A stretch of DNA of 64,000 nt from Escherichia coli (GTDB lineage: Bacteria; Pseudomonadota; Gammaproteobacteria; Enterobacterales; Enterobacteriaceae). This document shows, piece by piece, positions 12,337 to 23,676 of this stretch. The DNA lies in NCBI RefSeq assembly GCF_013315695.1, contig NZ_CP054353.1; one strand, 5' to 3'. Within the stretch, counting starts at the first letter, position 1, and each line of letters begins with the position of its first letter. The notes under the pieces are model-generated. The model ran no database searches, was not told the origin of the DNA, and saw nothing but the letters and a program-made list of their open reading frames with translations. Made by a program: the position numbers and the translations under genes.

Positions 12337-14552
12337 CGTCCAACCGCCGCTTTAGGGCGTTTCTTCGCACCAGCATTCTGCAGGCGAGATTGCGTAGACG
12401 ACGCTTTTTTTGCCGTAGCAGGCGTCTGACGCTGGGTCGCCATCGGCGTATGTTTAGTCAACGCCGGGCGGGTATTGCGGTTCTGGCGACGAGCCTCACG
12501 CATCTCTTCAATGGTTGGCGCAGGCACTAAGCAATCGCGACGGCTGCCAATCAGATGCTTTTTGCCCATCGCTTCCAGCGCCTGGCGGATTAACGGCCAG
12601 TTTGCCGGATCGTGGTAACGCAACAACGCTTTATGCAGACGACGCTGTTTGTCGCCCTTCGGCACGAAGACGTCTTCACTCTTATAACCAATCTTCGCCA
12701 GCGGGTTTTTGCCGGTGTAATACATGGTGGTCGAGTTAGCCAGCGGCGACGGATAGAAGTTCTGCACCTGGTCGAGGCGGAAACGATGCTTTTTCAGCCA
12801 CAGCGCCAGATTCACCATATCTTCATCCCGCGTACCGGGGTGTGCCGAGATGAAATACGGGATCAGATACTGTTCTTTACCTGCCTGTTTCGAGTAAGTA
12901 TCGAACAGCTCTTTAAAGCGGTCATAGCTGCCCATGCCCGGCTTCATCATCTTCGATAACGGCCCTTCTTCGGTATGTTCCGGGGCAATCTTCAGATAAC
13001 CGCCAACGTGATGGGTCGCCAGCTCTTTGATATAGCGCGGATCTTCCACGGCGATGTCATAACGTACGCCGGAAGCGATCAGGATCTTTTTAATGCCTTT
13101 CAGATCACGCGCACGGCGATAGAGGTTGATCGTCGGTTCGTGGTTAGTGTCCATATGCGGACAAATATCCGGATAAACACACGACAAACGACGGCAGGTT
13201 TGCTCAGCGCGTGGCGATTTGCAGCGCAACATATACATGTTGGCAGTAGGCCCACCGAGATCGGAAATCACGCCCGTAAAACCTGGAACAGTGTCGCGGA
13301 TCGCTTCGATCTCATTAATAATCGAATCTTCGGAACGGCTCTGAATAATGCGCCCTTCGTGCTCGGTAATAGAACAGAAAGAGCAGCCGCCAAAGCAGCC
13401 ACGCATAATGTTGACCGAGAAACGAATCATTTCGTAAGCCGGAATTCGGGCATTACCGTAAGCCGGATGCGGCACGCGCTTGTACGGCAGCGCAAAGACG
13501 CTATCCATCTCTTCGGTAGAAAGCGGAATAGCAGGCGGGTTGATCCATACATAGCGGTCGCCATGTTTTTGCATCAATGCGCGGGCGCAGCCTGGGTTAG
13601 TTTCGTGGTGCAGAATGCGCGAAGCATGGGCGTACAGCACTTTATCGCCCTTCACTTTCTCGAAAGAAGGCAGCAACACGTAGGTTTTTTCCCACGGTTT
13701 CGGGCGTGGTGGCTGCACGGTTACAGCTTTGGCTTCCTGCTTTTTCGGAGCTACCGGTTTGTTATCCGCGCACGGCAAATCTTCGCCATACGGATGCGGG
13801 ATTGGGTCGATTTTCCCTGGGGTATCAAGACGGGTGGAATCCACACCGCTCCAGCCTGGCAACGCCTCTTTTACGATAATCGCGGTATTACGCACATCGC
13901 GGATTTCACTAATCGGCTCGCCCATCGCCAGACGGTGCGCCACTTCCACCAGCGGACGCTCACCGTTACCAAACATCAGCATGTCGGCTTTCGAATCCAC
14001 CAACACGGAACGGCGCACGGTATCGGACCAGTAATCATAATGCGCGGTACGGCGCAGGCTGGCCTCAATACCGCCGAGGATCACCGGCACATCTTTCCAC
14101 GCCTCTTTACAACGTTGGGTATAAACCAGTGTGGCGCGATCCGGACGCTTACCCGCGACATTATCTGGCGTGTAGGCATCGTCATGACGTAAACGGCGAT
14201 CGGCGGTATAGCGGTTGATCATCGAGTCCATGTTGCCTGCGGTAACGCCGAAAAACAGATTCGGTTTACCCAGACGCATGAAATCGTCTTTGCTGCTCCA
14301 GTCTGGCTGGGCGATGATCCCGACGCGAAAGCCCTGCGCTTCCAGCATACGACCGCAAATCGCCATCCCGAAGCTTGGGTGATCGACATACGCGTCGCCA
14401 GTAACCAAAATGATGTCGCAGCTATCCCAGCCAAGTTGATCCATCTCTTCACGTGACATCGGCAAAAACGGTGCCGGTCCAAAACAGGCGGCCCAGTACT
14501 GCGGCCAGGAGAACAGGTCGCGATCCGGTTGGATCAGGGAGATAGAGCTCAT
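12333..14552 (-). CDS. ygiQ: radical SAM superfamily protein (UPF0313)
   Basis: 739 aa; CxxxCxxC motif (CFGGCSFC). Confidence 0.85.
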   Translation of the reverse strand: MSSISLIQPDRDLFSWPQYWAACFGPAPFLPMSREEMDQLGWDSCDIILVTGDAYVDHPSFGMAICGRMLEAQGFRVGIIAQPDWSSKDDFMRLGKPNLFFGVTAGNMDSMINRYTADRRLRHDDAYTPDNVAGKRPDRATLVYTQRCKEAWKDVPVILGGIEASLRRTAHYDYWSDTVRRSVLVDSKADMLMFGNGERPLVEVAHRLAMGEPISEIRDVRNTAIIVKEALPGWSGVDSTRLDTPGKIDPIPHPYGEDLPCADNKPVAPKKQEAKAVTVQPPRPKPWEKTYVLLPSFEKVKGDKVLYAHASRILHHETNPGCARALMQKHGDRYVWINPPAIPLSTEEMDSVFALPYKRVPHPAYGNARIPAYEMIRFSVNIMRGCFGGCSFCSITEHEGRIIQSRSEDSIINEIEAIRDTVPGFTGVISDLGGPTANMYMLRCKSPRAEQTCRRLSCVYPDICPHMDTNHEPTINLYRRARDLKGIKKILIASGVRYDIAVEDPRYIKELATHHVGGYLKIAPEHTEEGPLSKMMKPGMGSYDRFKELFDTYSKQAGKEQYLIPYFISAHPGTRDEDMVNLALWLKKHRFRLDQVQNFYPSPLANSTTMYYTGKNPLAKIGYKSEDVFVPKGDKQRRLHKALLRYHDPANWPLIRQALEAMGKKHLIGSRRDCLVPAPTIEEMREARRQNRNTRPALTKHTPMATQRQTPATAKKASSTQSRLQNAGAKKRPKAAVGR

Positions 14553-14803
14553 TTTGCTTCCAGAAATGATAAAAAAATAATCAAAGGCCGGGGATTATAC
14601 GCTGTATCACGCGCGGAAATGAAGTGATGTTGATGAACGGTGGCGAAATACCCTGGTGAGGTTTTTCACTGCCCGACTTGGGCAAGCACATTTAAGGCTG
14701 GCGGTATCGTGGCAACTGCCGCTACTATTTATGCCGATCAGCAACGTTCAAATCATATTGCACGACGATCGGCTATCCGAGGACACCCACAGTAAGGCAA
14801 GGT

Positions 14804-15553
14804 ATGGAACAGGTTATTACAAAGCGCCGCTATTACGATATTGGTCTACAGATTGAAGAGCTGCTGTATTCAGGCGTATTTAAGGCCGGAGAACGCTTAC
14901 CTTCAGAACGTGAACTGAGCGAGCGGTTTAATACCAGCCGAACTACCATTCGTGAAGCCATCATTATGCTGGAACTGAAAGGCGTATTGAATGTGAAGCA
15001 AGGGTCAGGGATTTTCTTTGTCGACTCCACCGATAAGCTCAGCCAGAAATCATTAATGCCCTATTCAGAAATTGGCCCGTTTGAACTGTTGCAGGCGCGT
15101 CAGGTGATTGAGAGCAATATTACTGGTTTTGCAGCCAGCCAGATTAGCTTTAACGAGTTACAAGAGTTAAAGAAAATAATTAGGTTGCAGGAAAACGCTA
15201 TCGCTGCGGAAAGTGATAAATTTGAAGACCTGGATCACCGATTTCATAGCATTATTGCCGAAGCTACGCAAAATCGGGTACTCATCAAACAAGCCGCTGA
15301 ATTATGGCGGGCGGTACGTACAGAAAACCCCCGCTGGAAGAAACTTAACTACAAGTACCTGCATGAAAAGCATTTGCGTCTGCAATGGCTGGAAGATCAC
15401 CGGGCTATTTTCCTGGCTCTGCAACAGAAAGATTCAGAGCTCGCCAGGGAAGCCTCCTGGAGACACCTGGAAAACAGCAAAAATGAATTGATCAAAATCT
15501 TCAAACAAGACGCATCCATCAGCGATTTTGATGACTTTTTCTTCGCTCGTTAA
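14804..15553 (+). CDS. GntR/FadR-family transcriptional regulator
   Basis: 249 aa; N-terminal winged HTH (LPSERELSERFNTSRTTIREAI), FCD-type C-terminal domain. Confidence 0.8.
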   Translation: MEQVITKRRYYDIGLQIEELLYSGVFKAGERLPSERELSERFNTSRTTIREAIIMLELKGVLNVKQGSGIFFVDSTDKLSQKSLMPYSEIGPFELLQARQVIESNITGFAASQISFNELQELKKIIRLQENAIAAESDKFEDLDHRFHSIIAEATQNRVLIKQAAELWRAVRTENPRWKKLNYKYLHEKHLRLQWLEDHRAIFLALQQKDSELAREASWRHLENSKNELIKIFKQDASISDFDDFFFAR

Positions 15554-15875
15554 CCTTCATTAGTCCAGAGCTGGCGGGAAAAATAACGCCGGCTCTGCCT
15601 TCCGCCCTCCACTGGTACACGCTCTCTTTTTAATTGGTCTAATAAATCGACTATCATCAGATATCTTAGATTAGCGGCAATTATCCCAAAAACTGACTTC
15701 TAAAAAACTTTCCTTTCATTTTATTCATATAACTCATTGATAAAAATATAAATAACGCCTTGTTGTTCTGTTTCGTACTTTTATCTTTCTCTGCAAGCGT
15801 GATGCATCTCTCTGTTTTTGGCCTAGTGAATTATGTAAATTGGTCTACACACAAGCCACCAGGAGTAAGAGCATA

Positions 15876-17348
15876 ATGTCAGGGAACGAAAGTATCAATG
15901 CCGCCCACTATGATCAGGTAACCACCTGGCCTCGGGACGGGTTACAGGCAGATATTGTCCATATTGGTTTTGGCGCTTTTCATCGCGGACACCAGGCGGT
16001 CTACACGGATCTCACTAATCAACTTTCGGACACCCGCTGGGGGATCTTTGAGATCAACCTGTTTGGTGATGCTCAACTGATCGAAAACTTAAATGCACAA
16101 AATGGGCTGTTTTCGGTTGTGGAAACATCTGCATCGCAATCTACCTCACGCCTTGTGCGTTCGGTGGCTGGCGGTATTCATACCCCCAGAGATGGCATTG
16201 CCGCAGCAATCCATAAACTGGCTGAACCTCAGGTAAAAATCGTTTCATTAACCATCACCGAGAAAGGTTATTGCCTCGATCCGCAAACACGTTCACTTGA
16301 TCTCACCAATGGATTAATCCAACACGATCTACAAAACCCGGATGCGCCTCTGTCAGCTATTGGCGTGATCGTCTGTGCTTTGCAACAACGTAAAGCGATA
16401 GGACTCGCCGCTTTTAGTGTGCTCTCCTGTGACAACTTGCCAGACAATGGGCATCTGACGCGCAATGCCGTTCTCGGTTTTGCCCGACAACTGGACCAGC
16501 CCCTGGCTCAGTGGATCGAAGAAAATGTCTCATTTCCAGGCACGATGGTAGATCGCATTGTTCCGGCAATGACTGAATCGCAATTCGCCTTACTGGAAAC
16601 GAAAACCGGTTATGCCGATCCCTGCGGGATCGTCTGCGAATCATTTCGTCAGTGGGTGATCGAAGATAATTTTGTGCGCGGACGACCGAAATGGGATAAA
16701 GCCGGCGCGATGTTTGTCAGCAATGTTCAGCCTTATGAAGAGATGAAGTTACGCATGTTAAATGGTAGCCATTCATTTCTGGCTTATAACGGCTCGCTGG
16801 CAGGCTATGAGTTTATCTGGCAATGCATGGAAGACGCTAATTTTCGTTCCATTACCCACCAACTGATGATTAATGAACAAGCCCGAACACTTAATCCAGA
16901 CTTAAATATCAACATCCAGGAATACGCCGACCTGTTAATTGAACGCTTTAGCAACCGTAACGTTGCACACCGTACCGGGCAAATAGCCATGGACGGTTCA
17001 CAAAAGCTTCCCCAGCGTGCACTGACGCCCTGGCTGAAATTACATCAGCAAAAGCAAAACAATGCTGTTCTGTCACTGCTCGTTGCTGGTTGGTTGCATT
17101 ATGTCATTGATGCTGTTGAGAAAAGCCAGTCTGTCGCTGATCCAATGAATGACCAATTTCAGGCGCTAATAAAGGAACAACAAGACGCATGGCAACAGGC
17201 GCTCGCATTACTGCACCTTAGCGCCATATTTGGTGATTTAAGCAACCATCAGCCATTTATAAATGAAATAAAAATCGCCTTTGCGAATATAAAAAACAAA
17301 GGCATCAAGGCCACCATCAGCCAATTATTATCGGATGAGCAGAAATGA
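15876..17348 (+). CDS. mannitol-dehydrogenase-family oxidoreductase (UxuB/fructuronate reductase-like)
   Basis: About 490 aa from the ATG preceded by AGGAGT; family-level resemblance only. Confidence 0.75.
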   Translation: MSGNESINAAHYDQVTTWPRDGLQADIVHIGFGAFHRGHQAVYTDLTNQLSDTRWGIFEINLFGDAQLIENLNAQNGLFSVVETSASQSTSRLVRSVAGGIHTPRDGIAAAIHKLAEPQVKIVSLTITEKGYCLDPQTRSLDLTNGLIQHDLQNPDAPLSAIGVIVCALQQRKAIGLAAFSVLSCDNLPDNGHLTRNAVLGFARQLDQPLAQWIEENVSFPGTMVDRIVPAMTESQFALLETKTGYADPCGIVCESFRQWVIEDNFVRGRPKWDKAGAMFVSNVQPYEEMKLRMLNGSHSFLAYNGSLAGYEFIWQCMEDANFRSITHQLMINEQARTLNPDLNINIQEYADLLIERFSNRNVAHRTGQIAMDGSQKLPQRALTPWLKLHQQKQNNAVLSLLVAGWLHYVIDAVEKSQSVADPMNDQFQALIKEQQDAWQQALALLHLSAIFGDLSNHQPFINEIKIAFANIKNKGIKATISQLLSDEQK

Positions 17349-18361
17349 AAACATTAATTTGTCAGCAGCCTGGCGTTATGGAATATGTGGAAAAGGATAT
17401 TCCCACACCAGCAGATAATGAAGTGCTGTTAAAAATCAAAGCTGTGGGTATTTGTGGTACTGATATTCACGCTTTTGCCGGCAGACAGCCTTTTTTTAGC
17501 TACCCACGTGTATTAGGTCATGAAATATGCGCCGAAGCGGTTTCGCGAGGCAGCCAGTGCCAAACAGCACAATCAGGCCAGCGCTATTCCGTCATCCCAT
17601 GCATTCCGTGTGGCGAGTGCGCAGCCTGTCGGGAAGAGAAAACGAACTGCTGCGAACGTGTTTCGCTGTATGGCGTGCATCAGGATGGGGGTTTTAGTGA
17701 GTACCTTGCGGTACGTGAAGACAACCTTGTGCCTCTCCCTGACGAGGTCAGCGACAGTGCCGGAGCATTGGTTGAATGTTTCGCCATTGGTGCACATGCC
17801 GTTCGTCGGGCAGAGATCAAGGCTGAACAAAACGTACTGGTGGTTGGCGCTGGGCCAATCGGTCTGGCTACCGCGGCCATCGCCAGGGCTAAAGGGGCGC
17901 ATGTTGTTGTTGCTGATATTGATTGTCAACGTCGCCAGCACGTTGTGGATCATCTGGCAATTAATGTCTTCGACCCAACACAGGAAGGTTTTATTGCCGC
18001 GCTTAGTGAAGTATTTGGCGGCGAACTGGCTTGCGTAGTCCTGGATGCGACGGGAAATAAAGCTTCAATGAGTCATGATGTAAATCTTATTCGTCATGGC
18101 GGCAAAATTGTTTTCATCGGTTTGTACATTGGTGAACTTGTTATTGACGATCCGACCTTCCATAAAAAAGAGACAACGTTACTCAGCAGCCGCAATGCCA
18201 CACGGGAAGATTTTGCGTTGGTGATTGAACTGATGCGCAGCAATAAAATTCACGAAAATTTAATGAAAAACCAGGCATTCAATTTCTTTAGTGTTGGCGA
18301 AGATTACCAGCGTAACGTTGTAGAAAATAAAAATATGGTCAAGGGTGTGATCACTTTTTAA
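17345..18361 (+). CDS. zinc-dependent medium-chain alcohol/polyol dehydrogenase
   Basis: 338 aa; GHE zinc motif, GAGPIGL NAD-binding motif; 4-bp ATGA overlap with the upstream gene. Confidence 0.8.
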   Translation: MKTLICQQPGVMEYVEKDIPTPADNEVLLKIKAVGICGTDIHAFAGRQPFFSYPRVLGHEICAEAVSRGSQCQTAQSGQRYSVIPCIPCGECAACREEKTNCCERVSLYGVHQDGGFSEYLAVREDNLVPLPDEVSDSAGALVECFAIGAHAVRRAEIKAEQNVLVVGAGPIGLATAAIARAKGAHVVVADIDCQRRQHVVDHLAINVFDPTQEGFIAALSEVFGGELACVVLDATGNKASMSHDVNLIRHGGKIVFIGLYIGELVIDDPTFHKKETTLLSSRNATREDFALVIELMRSNKIHENLMKNQAFNFFSVGEDYQRNVVENKNMVKGVITF

Positions 18362-18371
18362 GGGAACAAAT

Positions 18372-19382
18372 ATGACAACTGTTTATGTCAGTGAAGAAAA
18401 TTTAAAATCACTGGTGCACCACAAATTACATACCGCCGGGCTGGATACCGACACCACACAACAGGTGACAGATGTTTTAGTACATGCCGATATTACAGGT
18501 GTGCATTCACATGGTGTTATGCGTGTCGAACATTATTGCACCCGCCTTGCTGCCGGAGGGTTAAATAAAGCCCCGCAGTTTAGCATTGAGCAAATTTCAC
18601 CGTCAGTGGCCATTCTCGACTCTGACGACGGAATGGGGCATTCCGCATTAATTAGCGCCACTGAGCACGCTATTAAACTGGCCCAGCAAGAGGGCCTCGG
18701 TTTTGTTAGCGTTAAAAACACGTCTCACTGTGGTGCGTTATCTTATTTTGCAGAGATGATCACCAACAAAGGGTTGGTTGCTATCGTAATGACGCAAACC
18801 GATACCTGTGTGGCTCCCCATGGCGGCGCCGAGCGCTTTTTGGGAACTAACCCCATCGCCTTTGGTTTCCCGGTGGAAAACAGCCATCCGATGATTGTTG
18901 ATATGGCGACCAGTGCCACGGCTTTCGGCAAAATACTTCATGCAAAGGAAACCGGAAAACATATTGGTGAAGGGCTGGCGATAGATAAAAACGGTTATGG
19001 CACCACTGATCCGTATAAGATTGAAAACCTGCTACCTTTCGGCCAACACAAAGGTTCAGGCATTGCACTGGCTATTGATGCACTGACTGGCGTGCTGATG
19101 AATGCGAATTTTGGCAACCATATTGTTCGCATGTATGGTGATTATGACAAGATGCGTAAGCTGGCAAGTTTGGTTATTGCCATCGATCCGAAAAAGCTCG
19201 GCAATCCTGTTTTTGCAAAAACCATGGCGCAAATGGTCACGGAGTTGCATGCCGTTAAACCGGCTCCCGGTATCGAAAAAGTGTTAGCGCCGAACGATCC
19301 GCAAATGCACTACAAAGAAAAATGCCAACAGGAAGGTATTCCGGTTCCGGCAGGAATATTCCATTATCTGGCAGAGAATTAA
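18372..19382 (+). CDS. Ldh_2-family dehydrogenase (malate/L-lactate or diketogulonate reductase-like)
   Basis: 336 aa; family-level resemblance (YiaK/AllD-like). Confidence 0.75.
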   Translation: MTTVYVSEENLKSLVHHKLHTAGLDTDTTQQVTDVLVHADITGVHSHGVMRVEHYCTRLAAGGLNKAPQFSIEQISPSVAILDSDDGMGHSALISATEHAIKLAQQEGLGFVSVKNTSHCGALSYFAEMITNKGLVAIVMTQTDTCVAPHGGAERFLGTNPIAFGFPVENSHPMIVDMATSATAFGKILHAKETGKHIGEGLAIDKNGYGTTDPYKIENLLPFGQHKGSGIALAIDALTGVLMNANFGNHIVRMYGDYDKMRKLASLVIAIDPKKLGNPVFAKTMAQMVTELHAVKPAPGIEKVLAPNDPQMHYKEKCQQEGIPVPAGIFHYLAEN

Positions 19383-19454
19383 TCACTACTTTTTATTATA
19401 ACGATAGAAAAGCGCTGTATTTATCGTTTCTGTTATATTAACCAGGAGCAGGAT

Positions 19455-20264
19455 ATGAAAGCACTTCGTCCTCTGACGGCATCGCTTATGCTGTTAACCA
19501 GTTGTTTATTAATATCTAATACCACACTGGCAAAAATAACATTAAAACTGAGTCATAATCAGGATAAAAGCCATGCTGTCCATAAAGCATTAAGCTATTT
19601 AGCGGATAAAACCAAAGAGTATTCTAATGGTGAATTAGTTATTCGCATTTACCCAAATGCAACATTAGGTAATGAGCGTGAATCACTGGAATTAATGAAC
19701 TCCGGTGCATTACAGATGGTTAAGGTTAATGCCGCATCACTAGAATCATTTGCTCCAGATTACAGCCTTTTCAGTCTGCCGTTCTTATTCCGCGACCGTG
19801 ATCACTATTATCGTGTTCTGCAAAGTGATTTAGGTAAAAAAATACTTAATTCATCAGAAAGCAAAGGTTTTGTTGGTATTACGTACTATGACGGCGGTGC
19901 GAGAAGTTTTTATTCCAATAAACCGATTACAAAACCTGAAGATTTAGCGGGAATGAAAATCAGGGTTCAACAAAGCCCCAGCGCCATTGCAATGATGAAA
20001 GCACTCGGTGGTGTCGCTACCCCGATGGCGCAAGGCGAACTCTACACCGCACTTCAGCAAGGTGTGGTTGATGGCGGAGAGAACAATACCGTTGTCTATT
20101 CCGATATGCGTCACGCCGAAGTCGCAAAAGTCTATTCACGTGATGAACACACCATGGTACCTGATGTGTTAATTATCAGCACCGACGTGTTGAATAAACT
20201 TGGTGATAAAGAGCGCACGGCATTATTAAAAGCAGCCGGTGATGCTGCCAACTTACTGATTTAG
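19455..20264 (+). pseudogene. TRAP transporter solute-binding protein (DctP family), 3'-truncated by IS1
   Basis: Signal peptide plus DctP-like sequence for 261 codons; last 8 codons (GDAANLLI*) are encoded by the IS1 terminal repeat. Confidence 0.75.
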
Positions 20265-20292
20265 TGTATGATGGTGTTTTTGAGGTGCTCCA

Positions 20293-20568
20293 GTGGCTTC
20301 TGTTTCTATCAGCTGTCCCTCCTGTTCAGCTACTGACGGGGTGGTGCGTAACGGCAAAAGCACCGCCGGACATCAGCGCTATCTCTGCTCTCACTGCCGT
20401 AAAACATGGCAACTGCAGTTCACTTACACCGCTTCTCAACCCGGTACGCACCAGAAAATCATTGATATGGCCATGAATGGCGTTGGATGCCGGGCAACAG
20501 CCCGCATTATGGGCGTTGGCCTCAACACGATTTTACGTCACTTAAAAAACTCAGGCCGCAGTCGGTAA
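20293..20568 (+). CDS. insA: IS1 InsA
   Basis: 91 aa; zinc-finger/HTH protein typical of IS1. Confidence 0.9.
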
Positions 20569-20990
20569 CCTCGCGCATACAGCCGGGCAGTGACGTCATC
20601 GTCTGCGCGGAAATGGACGAACAGTGGGGCTATGTCGGGGCTAAATCGCGCCAGCGCTGGCTGTTTTACGCGTATGACAGGCTCCGGAAGACGGTTGTTG
20701 CGCACGTATTCGGTGAACGCACTATGGCGACGCTGGGGCGTCTTATGAGCCTGCTGTCACCCTTTGACGTGGTGATATGGATGACGGATGGCTGGCCGCT
20801 GTATGAATCCCGCCTGAAGGGAAAGCTGCACGTAATCAGCAAGCGATATACGCAGCGAATTGAGCGGCATAACCTGAATCTGAGGCAGCACCTGGCACGG
20901 CTGGGACGGAAGTCGCTGTCGTTCTCAAAATCGGTGGAGCTGCATGACAAAGTCATCGGGCATTATCTGAACATAAAACACTATCAATAA
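20487..20990 (+). CDS. insB: IS1 InsB frame (transposase made by an InsAB' frameshift)
   Basis: 167-aa ORF overlapping insA in the -1 frame. Confidence 0.9.
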
Positions 20991-21004
20991 GTTGGAGTCA
21001 TTAC

Positions 21005-21046
21005 CGATTATGTCTACAGCAAAGAGTTGTATATCAAGGCACATTG
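21005..21046 (+). pseudogene. ygiS: orphaned 3' end of ygiS (DYVYSKELYIKAH*), displaced by the IS1-bounded inversion
   Basis: First 9 bp gattatgtc are the reverse complement of gacataatc at 26938..26946, which abuts the truncated ygiS; reading on yields ten codons and a stop, restoring the expected 535-aa length. Confidence 0.6.
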
Positions 21047-21184
21047 ATGTCTTTATCGCCGTCGGAGCACGTCCGGCGGCGCTATTCACGCTGATCTCCT
21101 GTGACTCGACGCGGCAGATAATGTAGTATCTCCGGCAATATTGCCCCTTTGAAGGCTGGCGAATAAGTTGAGGAATCAGAATTA

Positions 21185-23443
21185 ATGAGCGATATGGCAG
21201 AGCGCCTTGCGCTACATGAATTTACGGAAAACGCCTACTTAAACTACTCCATGTACGTGATCATGGACCGTGCGTTGCCGTTTATTGGTGATGGTCTGAA
21301 ACCCGTTCAGCGGCGCATTGTGTATGCGATGTCTGAACTGGGTCTGAATGCCAGTGCCAAATTTAAAAAATCGGCCCGTACCGTCGGTGACGTACTGGGT
21401 AAATACCATCCGCACGGCGATAGTGCCTGTTATGAAGCGATGGTCCTGATGGCGCAGCCGTTCTCTTACCGTTATCCGCTGGTTGATGGTCAGGGGAACT
21501 GGGGCGCGCCGGACGATCCGAAATCGTTCGCGGCAATGCGTTACACCGAATCCCGGTTATCGAAATATTCTGAGTTGCTATTAAGCGAGCTTGGACAGGG
21601 GACGGCTGACTGGGTGCCAAACTTCGACGGCACCTTACAGGAGCCGAAAATGCTGCCAGCCCGCCTGCCGAACATTTTGCTTAACGGCACCACCGGTATT
21701 GCCGTCGGCATGGCGACCGATATTCCACCGCATAACCTGCGTGAAGTGGCTCAGGCGGCAATCGCATTAATCGACCAGCCGAAAACCACGCTCGATCAGC
21801 TGCTGGATATCGTGCAGGGGCCGGATTATCCGACTGAAGCGGAAATTATCACTTCGCGCGCCGAGATTCGTAAAATCTACGAGAACGGACGTGGTTCAGT
21901 GCGTATGCGCGCGGTTTGGAAGAAAGAAGATGGCGCGGTGGTTATTAGCGCATTGCCGCATCAGGTTTCAGGTGCGCGCGTACTGGAGCAAATTGCTGCG
22001 CAAATGCGCAACAAAAAGCTGCCGATGGTTGACGATCTGCGCGATGAATCTGACCACGAGAACCCGACCCGTCTGGTGATTGTGCCGCGTTCCAACCGCG
22101 TGGATATGGATCAGGTGATGAACCACCTCTTTGCTACCACCGATCTGGAAAAGAGCTATCGCATTAACCTCAATATGATCGGTCTGGATGGTCGTCCGGC
22201 GGTGAAAAACCTGCTGGAAATCCTCTCCGAATGGCTGGTGTTCCGCCGCGATACCGTGCGCCGCCGACTGAATTATCGTCTGGAGAAAGTCCTCAAGCGC
22301 CTGCATATCCTCGAAGGTTTGCTGGTGGCGTTTCTCAATATCGACGAAGTGATTGAGATCATTCGTAATGAAGATGAACCGAAACCGGCGCTGATGTCGC
22401 GGTTTGGCCTTACTGAAACCCAGGCGGAAGCGATCCTCGAACTGAAACTGCGTCATCTTGCCAAACTGGAAGAGATGAAGATTCGCGGTGAGCAGAGTGA
22501 GCTGGAAAAAGAGCGCGACCAGTTGCAGGGCATTTTGGCTTCCGAGCGTAAAATGAATAACCTGCTGAAGAAAGAACTGCAGGCAGACGCGCAAGCCTAC
22601 GGTGACGAACGTCGTTCGCCGTTGCAGGAACGCGAAGAAGCGAAAGCGATGAGCGAGCACGACATGCTGCCGTCTGAACCTGTCACCATTGTGCTGTCGC
22701 AGATGGGCTGGGTACGCAGCGCTAAAGGCCATGATATCGACGCGCCGGGCCTGAATTATAAAGCGGGCGATAGCTTCAAAGCGGCGGTGAAAGGTAAGAG
22801 CAACCAACCGGTAGTGTTTGTTGATTCCACCGGTCGTAGCTATGCCATCGACCCGATTACGCTGCCGTCGGCGCGTGGTCAGGGCGAACCGCTCACCGGC
22901 AAATTAACGTTGCCGCCTGGAGCGACCGTTGACCATATGCTGATGGAAAGCGACGATCAGAAACTGCTGATGGCTTCCGATGCGGGTTACGGTTTCGTCT
23001 GCACCTTTAACGATTTGGTGGCGCGTAACCGTGCAGGTAAGGCTTTGATCACCTTACCGGAAAATGCCCATGTTATGCCGCCGGTGGTGATTGAAGATGC
23101 TTCCGATATGCTGCTGGCAATCACTCAGGCAGGCCGTATGTTGATGTTCCCGGTAAGCGATCTGCCGCAGCTGTCGAAGGGCAAAGGCAACAAGATTATC
23201 AACATTCCATCGGCAGAAGCCGCGCGTGGAGAAGATGGTCTGGCGCAACTGTACGTTCTGCCGCCGCAAAGCACGCTGACCATTCATGTTGGGAAACGCA
23301 AAATTAAACTGCGTCCGGAAGAGCTACAGAAAGTCACTGGCGAACGTGGACGCCGCGGTACGTTGATGCGCGGTTTGCAGCGTATCGATCGTGTTGAGAT
23401 CGACTCTCCTCGCCGTGCCAGCAGCGGTGATAGCGAAGAGTAA
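21185..23443 (+). CDS. parC: DNA topoisomerase IV subunit A
   Basis: 752 aa; GyrA/ParC family. Confidence 0.95.
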
Positions 23444-23676
23444 TATGCCGGGGAGGGCGCTGTTTCCTCCCGCTTGCAAGGAACGCCGGATGAAACGTTA
23501 AGTCGTCATCCGGCAGCGTATTCTACCCCCGGAAACGATAAAAATTCCCTTGAAACCGTTGTTTATTCATGCGTTGCGATTAACAATACGCTTTTCCAGA
23601 GAGCGGCTTTTAACAATGCCCTAACCTGATTTCAGGTGACGTACAATGCCAGTCTCTCAGACCTTCAGAGGGTGTT

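Larger units (their letters stand above)
20238..21004 (+). mobile_element. IS1 insertion sequence, copy 1 (767 bp)
   Basis: Begins ggtgatgctgccaacttactgat and ends ...ctatcaataagttggagtcattacc; carries insA and insB. Confidence 0.95.

Noticed and set aside
12975-14192. 405-aa ORF on the plus strand
   Set aside because: Lies wholly antisense inside ygiQ, a well-supported radical SAM gene; no RBS; a typical antisense ORF in GC-rich coding DNA.
17520-18038. 172-aa alternative-frame ORF and antisense ORFs inside the zinc dehydrogenase gene
   Set aside because: Overlap a gene with clear family motifs; no start-site support.
21968-22807. 279-aa ORF on the minus strand
   Set aside because: Antisense to parC; low-complexity, His/Arg/Phe-rich translation typical of the shadow frame of a real gene.
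23470-23515. Hairpin gccggatga...tcatccggc between parC and plsC as a possible mobile element
   Set aside because: A single REP-like palindrome or terminator; no repeats or coding capacity.
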